The notes below the pieces were generated by a model that did not search any database, was not told the origin of the DNA, and worked only from the letters and a program-made list of their open reading frames with translations. A DNA stretch of 64,000 nucleotides from Felis catus (lineage: Eukaryota), in contig NC_058382.1 in NCBI RefSeq assembly GCF_018350175.1, positions 49,788,001-49,852,000 on the forward strand. Direction: 5' to 3'. Position 1 is the first letter of the stretch. Every line of letters starts with the position of its first letter. The position numbers were made by a program, and so were the translations under genes. Shown here in pieces: positions 28,361 through 37,912 of this stretch.

Positions 28361-31300
28361 AAAACTTTAAAAACTCTTGAAAACTACAAATACCAATAGC
28401 AGAACAAAGCTGATGAGAAGCAGCCCATCACATGCATTCGACCCCAAGTGACAGGTGAAAGTGGTTCACGAACAAAGGACTGAGTTCCAGGCTAAGACAG
28501 CAGTCTGAACACACAAATGTCATTTTGCTTCCCTTGAAAGCCCAGTAAAATCACTACAGCAAAAAACATAAACCTACAAGCTAGGTAGGTACCTAGCTGC
28601 ACTGTATTTGCAAAACAACAACAACAAAAACCCACAACACTGGAAGTTATCGATAAACAAAAAAACTAATGAAAATAGGTACCTGTAAGATTAGGGTTGA
28701 ACAGAGTGGGATAGCAAGGGGTAAAAGCAAGAATTCTGTGTTTATCTTTCTGAAGAATTTTGAAAATCCCTTAAATTAAGAACAGTTGGAATAAACAAAT
28801 ACTTATTTGAATAAATAACTCTGCACCCAAACAATAACGTAACTGATAAGAAAGGATTTATTCCAAGGACTTCAGAAACACAGTATTTTGACTGTACACC
28901 CTTAGCAAGATCCATCGTGAAGACAAAAAACAAACAAAAACACAAAAAACAAAACAAAACAAAAAACTCTATTCCGTGTAGTAACATCAATGTTGGTATT
29001 TTGAACCTATTTCATGTTGTAGGTTAAAGCAAGTAATTATGCTGATCATGTTAGGGATCCAGATCTTCAGAGTAAGAGAAATGATGCACAATTATAAAAT
29101 CAAAGAAATCAGATGAAAATTCAAATGTTAAAACTGCATTAAAAATACCAGTATGAGGGTGCACCTAGCTGGCTCAGCAGGTAGAGCATGTGACTCTTGA
29201 TCTCGGGGTTATAAGTTCAAGGCCCACACTGGGTGCAGAGATTACTTAAAATCTTTAAAAAACATTAGTATGAACTCTAACTCTTTTTAAGATAAATATT
29301 TTCTTACTCTGTTCAATGAAATGGCACAGAAACAATGTCACTCTGGTAGCAATGGGCATCTATTCAGAGTCCAGATTATATCCCTTGATATGACTCATCA
29401 TGAAAAGGGCTCCCTGGAAAAAAACAGGCAATTTCAGGTATGAGGGAAGGAAAGCACAAGGTGAAACTGGGACATCTTGCGGTGTCAGAAAGCAAGGTAG
29501 TTACTTAAGAATAATGGGTCACATTTAAAGGATATAAGATCCAGCTTAAAAGAACTTCTAGTGGCCAAAGGGATGACTTGAGCATTAAAAGGAACAAGTG
29601 TGAGTACATATAGTGAATCAATAAAAATCTGTACACCCTTTATGATATTTTTAAAAAATACAAAAAATAGGGATGCCTGGGTGGCTCCATTGGTTGGGTG
29701 TCCAATTCGGCTCAGGTCATAATCTCGGTCGGTGAGTTCAAGCTCCGCGTCAGGCTCTGTGCTGACAGCTCGGAGCCTGGAGCCTGCTTCGGGTTCTGTG
29801 TCTCCCTCTCTCTGCCCCCCCGCCCCGGCTCACACTCTGTCTCTCTCTCAAAAACAAGTAAACATTAAAAAAAAAATTTTAAGACAAAAAATGACTTGTA
29901 CTACTTAAGCTACTATTAAAATTATTCCCTGTTTTGAAAGTTATTAAGGAAAATGAAGCAAACATTTATTCTGTCCCAGTTGATGAGAGAAAGCAATACA
30001 TCACAGAAGAACATTAACTAAAAAATGTAGAAAAACCAAAGAATTAGAACAACATCACTTCTCACGCTGTAATGATAGCAATTTAAGCAAAGATTATCAA
30101 GTAATGTTCTCAAAACACAGTTTTAACAGTTAAGTGTATTACGACACAGAATTCTTCAGTTCAAAGGAAAGAAACAATTTTTTTAAAAAAATTTTTAATG
30201 TTTTTATTTATTTTTGAGACAGAGAGAGACAGAGCAGGAGCAAGGGAGGGGCAGAGAGAGAGGGAGACACAGAATCCGAAGCAGACTCCAGGCTCTGAAC
30301 TGTCAGCACAGAGCCCAATGCGAGGCTTGAACTCATGGGACTGTCACATGACGACCTGAGCCAAAGCTGGACCTTTAACTAAGCCACCCAGGCGCCCTAA
30401 AGGAAAGAAACAATTACACAATAGAGGGGTCAGACTCTCATCATCTGGAGTCAGGAGTCGCAACTAAGGTGACCAACCTGGATTGTGTGTCTTTGATGTT
30501 AAGGCATTTTGAAACACACAGTCATCTATGATGCATTCTAGCCAAAAATACTTCATTTGAACCCACCCAGCATTTAGATCTAACTTGCAGAAATTTCAGA
30601 ATTTCAGAATTCCAGAAAATTCAAAGGACAAAGGAACAACCTAAAAGACCAGGAGGGAGCAACCAAACAAATCTAGAAGACATTCTGCAGGACAGACATT
30701 CTGCAGGACGCACTGCTTGATCTCTTAAGCAAATCAATGTCATTACAGAGCATGCTAGATTAAAACAAATTTAAAAGATGGGACAACTAGGTGATATGGG
30801 TAGTGCTGAACCTAACTGATTTGAATAAACAAGCTACAGTCTACTCTGGGCCAAATGGGAAAATTTGAGTAAAGTCTGTATGTGAAGATGTGTCAAATGT
30901 TTACTGGAATGGACAGGGAGAGACTGTTCACTGAAAAGGGCAGATAACAAAGTAACATGAAAAAGTATGATTTCAGGTTGGGGTTAAAATACAAGTATCT
31001 ACACCTGAGTGTAGAAAAAGACCAGCGTTCACTAAAGGATTAATACTGATAATCTCTGGGTGGTGGGAATGTAATGATTCTATTTTTTTATGCTTAACTG
31101 CCTGAATTTTCTAATTTTTTTACAAAGCTCATGTCCTGCTTTTATAGTAATATAAGGTTATTTTTCATCCTAAAAATGGGTAAATGTTGCAGACAGCTCA
31201 GATAAGGAGAAAAACATGACTCTGGATCTTACATATGTAAAAAGATGCTCAATCTCACTGATAAGAGATAAGCAAATTTTAAATTATACATACACACAAA

Positions 31301-33901
31301 AAGATCAAATCCCATGCAGTTACTATGACAAAAAAGAAAAAAAGGGTAAGAAGCAAATAACATCCTTGTAGATAATAAAGAACAAAATGAATACATCTTG
31401 TCCAAAGACAGAGCTTCCCATCACCTTTTCAGTCCCCCATGCTTAAATCTGAGCCGAACAACTATGAATCACTGAAAATCTTCTAGTAAAGCCAAAAGCA
31501 AACATATAGGGTGAATAAAAATCACCTTAGAGAAATGTTTCGTCACATTCTGAGGCTAGCAATACCTGCTACTAAAACAAGACAAGGAAATTACAAGAAA
31601 ACTACAGACCAACATCCCTCATAAACAAATGCGAAAATTCTCAACAAATACAAGCAAATAAAATTCAGCAATGTATAAAAAGAATTGTCCATGATGACCA
31701 AGTGAGTTTTATCCCAGAAATAAAAGGCTGTTCAAAATTCAAAAATCAATCACTAACTCACCATATTAGGAGAAAGAAAAATCACACATAATCTTTTCAA
31801 CAGAGGAAAAGCATATGACAAAATTCACTTCTCAGCAAATTAGGAGTAAGGGCAACTTCTTTAACCTGATAAAATGCATCTGTAAGGAGCAGTATATGCA
31901 GACTGCCAGGGTTCAAATCTTACCTCATCTACTCTGTAGCTGAACAACTTTGGGCAATTTGCTTAATTCTCTGTGCTTCAACTCCTTCGTCTGTAAAACG
32001 TGGAGAACAGCACATATTCATCAGTGTTATGTGATTGAGCTAGTAATGAGTTAGTCCCCGTAAAGTGCTTAAAGCACACACACAAGGCATGTGTAATGCA
32101 TAGCTAACATACTAGTGAAACACTGATAATTTCCTCTTAAAATGGGAACAAGGACGTTCACTCTCACCGCTCCTACTCAACATCACACTTGAAGTCTTAT
32201 CAAGAGCAGAAAGGCAAGCAAAAGAAACAAAAGGCATACCAATTGTAAAAGAAAAACTAAAATGGCTTCTATATACAGACATCATGATCTCTCTTTTTTA
32301 ATTTATTTATTTTGAGAGAGTGAGAACACAAGCACACACGTGAGTGGGTGAAGAGGCAGAAAGAAAAACAGAGGAAGAATCCCAAGCAGGCTCCATGCTG
32401 TCAGTGCAGAGCCCAACATGGGGCTAGATCCCATGAACTGTGAAATCATGACCTGAGAAGAAATCAAGAGGCGGATGCTTAACCAACTGAGCTTACCTAG
32501 GTGTCCCTCATAATCTCTTTTATTTGGAGAGGAAAGGGTGAGGGTGGCCTTGGAACTGTTAATTCTGGTGATGGTCACACAACTCTAAGCATTTCTCAAA
32601 ACTGATAGAACAGTACATTGAAAAGAGTAAATTTTACTGTATGTAAGTTAAACATTAAAAATTTTAAATTAGTTTTAATATCCACAGAGCACTAAGATTC
32701 AGCACTATGAAACGAGAACATGCTATAAAAAAGGACTATTCGAGGAACAACAAAGTTATTCAAATGTAAAAATATGAAAGGAAAAAATACAGGAGTTGAA
32801 GATACTGATAATTTCCCATGAAGTGGAAAAAAGTCAAGGGTTAGAAAATAGTCAAGGGGGGGGGCGCCTGGGTGGCTCAGTCGGTTGAGTGGCCGACTTT
32901 GGCTCAGGTCATGATCTAGCAGTCTGTGAGTTTGAGCCCCGCATCAGGCTCTGTGCTGACAGCTCAGAAGTTAGTAAAGCAATAAAGCAGCTCCTTTAAC
33001 ATTCTAATTGAAAGCTATCATTATAAATCCTAGAATTATTATTACAAAACAGAATTCTATACCAAACAAGCACTAATTAGGCCTTAGGGTAACATCATTA
33101 TTTTTAGAAATACTGTTTTCACACCTTGAATGTCTACTATGCATCATCCGTGCTCAAGTAGTTGAGCATTTATTCTCATTTCGGTGGAACATGCTAAGGA
33201 AAAAAAGACAACACAGGACCCAAGAAGCGGAATCCAACAGAAAAGGGAGATAGATGAATGGAACACCCAGAGGGGTGATGGTGACAAAGATACTAGGTTT
33301 AAAAGTGGTAAAACCAAGGCAAGGCGGAAGTCAGAAGGCAAAGACAGGACTTCAAGATGAAAGTAAAAGATTATTTAATGAATCGAATTACCTTGGGAGA
33401 TGATTTTTATACAATTCTGAGAATTTAGGGTCAAATTAATAGTAAGGACATAGACACCTAAGCAACAACAAAATGGCAATTATTAACTCCACAGAAAGCA
33501 AGTAGTGTAGGAAAAGCAATCTCGGGATCTATCACCTGGTTCAGAGCTGAACTTGGGGTTGTTCACAGTCAGTACAAAAATGTAAACATGGAATACTGAT
33601 CTAACCAAAATTAGACATGGTGACAAGGGCAGGCTGGGGAGTTGGGGAGGGCCTGATGGTGGAAGGGTGTGTGTTGGGAATGAGGGGGAAGAAGAGGGTA
33701 TTAAAATAAGACCTACCGTGCCTGGGTGAAGCCCACACACAATGAAAATACCAAATTAAAAACTGGAAAGCAGTTTCTTCCACGGGGGAATGAAGCAGGA
33801 TGAAGGGTGATGGGAACCATTAGTTTTCAAGACAGGCCTTTTAGAAATATTTGACTATGTTTATGTGGATGCACAACTTTCATTAAAACGAAAACTAGCT
33901 T

Positions 33902-34122
33902 GGGGCGCCTGGGTGGCGCAGTCGGTTAAGCGTCCGACTTCAGCCATGTCACGATCTCGCGGTCCGTGAGTTCGAGCCCCGCGTCGGGCTCTGGGCTGAT
34001 GGCTCAGAGCCTGGAGCCTGTTTCCGATTCTGTGTCTCCCTCTCTCTCTGCCCCTCCCCCGTTCATGCTCTGTCTCTCTCTGTCCCCAAAATAATAAACG
34101 TTGAAAAAAAAATTAAAAAAAA
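33902..34122 (+). mobile_element. Young felid SINEC_Fc in CFDP1 intron 1
   Basis: CpG-intact GGGGCGCCTGGGTGGCGCAGTCGGTTAAGCGTCCGAC head, (CT)n, polyA. Perfect 17-bp TSD AAAACGAAAACTAGCTT (33885-33901 and 34123-34139). Confidence 0.95.
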
Positions 34123-34599
34123 AAAACGAAAACTAGCTTTCAGATAACCACTCTGGCCATCACAAGACCAATGTTGGTGGACAAGAATGGAAATGGTATC
34201 GGGCAAACCAGTTGGGAAGCTATGCCTTAATCCTAGCGAAGAACGGCAGTTTGGTAGCAGCGAGTGAGATTGGCGAGGAAGCGGTCAGAAAACGATTTTC
34301 CACGTAGACACAACAGCACTTATTGACTGCTTGAACCAGGAGAGAAAGTAAGGATGGATGAGTCCTAAGGGTTTTTTGTTTGATGGGAGCGACTGTGTGG
34401 GTAGATCCTTTCAATGAGATGGGGCAGTCTGAGGGAAGGCGCAGGATGGGGAAGGGGTAGGTTCGAATGACCCCTTTAAGTTTGACAAACCTACGCCAAA
34501 AAGAGGAAGGCGGGGGGGGGGGGGGGGAGGAGCTGAAAAGAGAGTAACAGGTATACGTCGCAAAAGGACAAAATGCATCATACGTGAACTTTCTAATAA

Positions 34600-35400
34600 C
34601 TAGATCCCATGCGAGGGCAGAGAGTAGACAGATTTATCTTGGCCGTGGTGCCGGCTGGCAAGCCCCTCGGGACGAAAGGTCTGACGACAACATCCTACGC
34701 TCACACTGCCTTTCACGGGAGTTCAGTACTAGCGCGGTGCGGGTACCGATAGCCACCGCCAGCGTCCCCAGATCGGGGTGGTGCTCACGTGCCGGTTCCC
34801 GCGCTCCGGGAAGGGGCGGAGGCTCGAGCCAGGCCGCGGGCAGTGGCAGTGCGAGACGCCCGCGTGCACGCGTCTCGGCCCCGCACCACCGCGCGGAGAA
34901 AGCACGCGGGCGAGGATGCGGGGCTCGCGCGGTGGGGACGCTCGAGACCGGCGCCACCGGGGGCCCCGGGCCACGCACGCCGGACCAAACACGCCTCACG
35001 TGAAGCGCGGGGCGGGGCAAGCCTCCTCTCGCCTGCGGCCCAAACGCTCACCCGACGGCACGTAGTCTTCGTCCTCCTCTGAGGTGGAGAAGTCTTCAGA
35101 ATCGAATTCCTCCATGTTGCTGCTGCACCGGGCGGACGAAGCCACAGGACCGCAGCAACTGCCCCCAACGGCAAATCTCTAGGGAGAGACCATAGAGCTG
35201 CGGTGGGGGAGCCGGCGGCTGGGGCGGCCCCCACAACGTGTGCGCGTGCGCAAAAAGGGCTACGTATTCCAAACGCGACACTTCCGGGCCAATGCCTAGC
35301 GCCTGGCGCTGCTGTGGTGGTTGACGGAGCACAGGCTCCGCGTGGAAGCGGTGCCTGATGGAACTTGTAGTCTCCAGCACTGTCTGGACGCTTCGATTTA
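34600..35400. promoter_or_regulatory. CpG island / CFDP1 promoter with bidirectional-promoter motifs
   Basis: Dense CpG. NRF1-like TGCGCGTGCGCA at 35241-35252, ETS/GABPA CACTTCCGG at 35279-35287, CCAAT at 35289-35293, and ZNF143/SBS-like ACTACAAGTTCCATCAGGCACCGC on the minus strand at 35348-35371. Confidence 0.85.
35052..35115 (-). CDS. CFDP1: CFDP1 (craniofacial development protein 1 / BCNT) coding exon 1
   Basis: Minus strand ATG GAG GAA TTC GAT TCT GAA GAC... = MEEFDSEDFSTSEEDEDYVPS(G), the recognisable CFDP1 N-terminus. 64 nt followed by a GTGAG donor, inside a CpG island. Confidence 0.97.
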
Positions 35401-35733
35401 ATAAATGTGCTTAAACAAAATTATATGTCTGTGGTATTACAGTTGACGTTCGTTATTTACAGCTTGGTATTTTCGAATCGCTTACTTGCTTAAACTTACT
35501 GTAACCCCAAAATCAATATTCGCGGTGCTTTCTGGGGTTATTCGCGGACATGCGCAGAGGATGAAAAGCTGGAGTCAACCAGCGGTGCGGGGTACTAGCA
35601 GAGGTTGAACAAGGCAGACAATGGGCTTTCTTGCCTCATCTCTCATGCTGTAAATAATTGTCCTATTTGCAGTCTATTTGGTGCCACGTTTTTTGCGTTT
35701 CCGTGCTTTTTGTTGGTGATTTTGCTGTTAAAA

Positions 35734-37515
35734 ATGACCCCCAAGCGTAGTGGTGAAGTGGTGCCTAGTGCTCCTAAGCGCAAGAAGGCTGTCATGTGCC
35801 TTATGGAGAAAATACGTGTGCTAGATAAGCTTCGTTCAGGCATGAGTTGTAGTGCTGTTGGCCGTGAGTTCAATGTTAATGAATCAACAATCCGGTACAT
35901 CAAGAAAAAGGAAAAGGAAATTCGCCGATCTGTACGTGAGGCTGCTCCGGAAAGTGCTAAAGTAACGTCTATAGTGCGTGAGGAAGCTATGGAAAAGATG
36001 GAAAAGCGGCTAAATTTGTGGATTCATGAGATGACAACCGATAAAAAAGGCGTGGTGGACAGCATTGTCGTGAGGCTGAAAGCCAAAGAAATTTACGGTC
36101 ATGTAACCCAAGGCCAGAAAAACGTTAAACCTTTCTCCGCCAGCGCTGGCTGGCTTGCACGTTTCAAAAGGCGATATGGTGTGAACAATGTTAAACTTGC
36201 AGGTGAGGCAAGTTCTGCAGATCGGGAGGCTGCAGAAGAATTTAAAAAACATTTGCTGAGTGTTATACAGGACAAAGGATACGTGGAAGAGCAGGTTTTC
36301 AACGCTGATGAGACTGGCTTATTTTACAAGGACGTTGGCAAAAGAACCTATATAACACAAATGGCCTGCAAAGCCCCTGGCTTTAAATCATTCCAAGACT
36401 ATGCAACCTTGCTGTTGTGCACTAATGCCAAGGGCGACTTCAAGTGCAAACCTCTAATGGTATACAGAGCCCAGAATCCACAAGCACTTAAAGGGAAAAG
36501 CGTCAACCATATGCCTGTCCATTGGAGATGGAACAAAAAAGCGTGGATGACATCCAGCTGGTTCCACAACTGCTTCGTACCGGAAGTTGAATGCTATCTC
36601 CAGGGCAGAAACCTTGCCTTCAAGGTTTTATTAATTTTGGATAACGCCCCAGTCCATTGCTGTGAAGAACTCAAAAATGCCCACCCCAACGTAGAAGTTC
36701 TTTTCATGCCCCCAAACACTACCTCTCTCATCCAACCCCTGGATCAGGGTATAATAAAAGCTTTCAAGGCACACTATACCAGGGAGCTTTATAGCAAAGG
36801 TTTCCAGGCTCTCGAATCCAACAAGGAAACTACCATGATGGACTATTGGAAGTCCGTTACCATACGTAACGTTATTGATTATGTTGGGACAGCCTGGGGC
36901 AGCATCAAACAAGCTACTATCAATAGCTGTTGGAAAAATGTTTGGCCAGACTGTGTGCAAAATTTCGAAGGCTTTGAAGGTGTTGCAGAAAGCATAAAGA
37001 AGAGTGTCGAAAACATAATGCATATCGCACGGCAAATAAGTGGAGAAGGCTTTGACGACATGAAGGAGGAAGATGTGGAGGAAATTTTGGCAGAGAAGGC
37101 AGTAGAACCCACCAACGAAGACCTGGACGAGATGGCAAAACAAGGCATTGGGGTCGGCAGTGATGAGGACGGCGATGAGAGTCAGCCTAAGACTTCAATA
37201 ATTGACCCTCTTACAGCGACCAAAATATCAGAATGGAATTCTGCCTTGGAAAGAATTTTCAATGACATGATAGAGTGTGACCCTATGCTTGATCGCAGCC
37301 TCAAATTTAAGCGCCTCACCTCCACAGCATTTGCCCCTTATGCCGAGATGCTTAAAGATTTGAGGCAAAAAGCTAAGCAGACAAGGCTGACCCAACTTTT
37401 CGAGCCAGTTTGGGAGGAAAAATCGCCGACTCCGTCAACAAGTCACGAGAGGCAAACTCCTGAGGTTGAACTGCCAAATGTTGACATGCTTCCCTCTTCC
37501 TCTTCTGCAGAATAA
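35734..37515 (+). CDS. Intact pogo/Tigger (CENP-B/TIGD-like) transposase ORF, 593 aa, intronless
   Basis: First in-frame ATG at 35734 (AAAATGA); the ORF track's 35605 start is a TTG. Contains HTH_psq-like EKIRVLDKLRSGMSCSAVGREFNVNESTIRYIKK, CENP-B HTH ...FSASAGWLARFKRRY, and DDE_1 motifs VFNADETGLFYK, LLILDNAPVH and PPNTTSLIQPLDQGIIKAFK. No stops or frameshifts over 1782 nt. Confidence 0.93.
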   Translation: MTPKRSGEVVPSAPKRKKAVMCLMEKIRVLDKLRSGMSCSAVGREFNVNESTIRYIKKKEKEIRRSVREAAPESAKVTSIVREEAMEKMEKRLNLWIHEMTTDKKGVVDSIVVRLKAKEIYGHVTQGQKNVKPFSASAGWLARFKRRYGVNNVKLAGEASSADREAAEEFKKHLLSVIQDKGYVEEQVFNADETGLFYKDVGKRTYITQMACKAPGFKSFQDYATLLLCTNAKGDFKCKPLMVYRAQNPQALKGKSVNHMPVHWRWNKKAWMTSSWFHNCFVPEVECYLQGRNLAFKVLLILDNAPVHCCEELKNAHPNVEVLFMPPNTTSLIQPLDQGIIKAFKAHYTRELYSKGFQALESNKETTMMDYWKSVTIRNVIDYVGTAWGSIKQATINSCWKNVWPDCVQNFEGFEGVAESIKKSVENIMHIARQISGEGFDDMKEEDVEEILAEKAVEPTNEDLDEMAKQGIGVGSDEDGDESQPKTSIIDPLTATKISEWNSALERIFNDMIECDPMLDRSLKFKRLTSTAFAPYAEMLKDLRQKAKQTRLTQLFEPVWEEKSPTPSTSHERQTPEVELPNVDMLPSSSSAE

Positions 37516-37906
37516 ACTCCACCTACCTCCCCCGTGGTTATCGTGGGGCAAACCAAGGTCAAGAGGTTTAACCACACTGTGTGCTGTAGCATCACACATC
37601 CTGCAGTTCCATCAACAGTAAGATTTTAGTTAATGTTTTAATGAAATCTCTAACGTTTTCCACACTCTATTTGCATTACTGTGAAATATACAGTATGTGT
37701 TGACGTACTCTGTGTTTATGTGAATATTGTATGTTATACTGTGTGTTTGCTACATGTACTACATATGATTACTGCATGTGTGTGTCTGACTGAGGAAAAA
37801 AGTAATACAATCTCAGTATTGTAGAGAACGTTACACAAAAATGCTGTAATTGAAACCGTGTTTTATTATATAAAAATACTGCACATAATTATTGTGAGAA
37901 AGATGT

Positions 37907-37912
37907 ATTAAA
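37907..37912 (+). terminator. Candidate polyadenylation signal (ATTAAA) for the Tigger ORF
   Basis: ATTAAA about 390 nt after the stop codon, inside the element's 3' arm, preceded by TGTA. Inference only. Confidence 0.3.

Noticed and set aside
30678..30709. 16-bp tandem duplication AGACATTCTGCAGGAC
   Set aside because: Simple local slippage inside an old L1-like fragment; only two units, no array structure.
34584..35380. Several overlapping 87-149 aa ORFs at the CFDP1 promoter
   Set aside because: Typical stop-poor frames of a GC-rich CpG island; low-complexity A/R/P/G translations.
35605..35733. 43-aa hydrophobic N-terminal extension of the transposase in the ORF track (636 aa)
   Set aside because: It starts at TTG and lies in the element's 5' non-coding arm. 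The first ATG (35734) coincides with the start of transposase-like sequence.
36631..37148. Antisense ORFs (170, 89, 72 aa) within the transposase
   Set aside because: Shadow frames of a real coding sequence; no recognisable domain.
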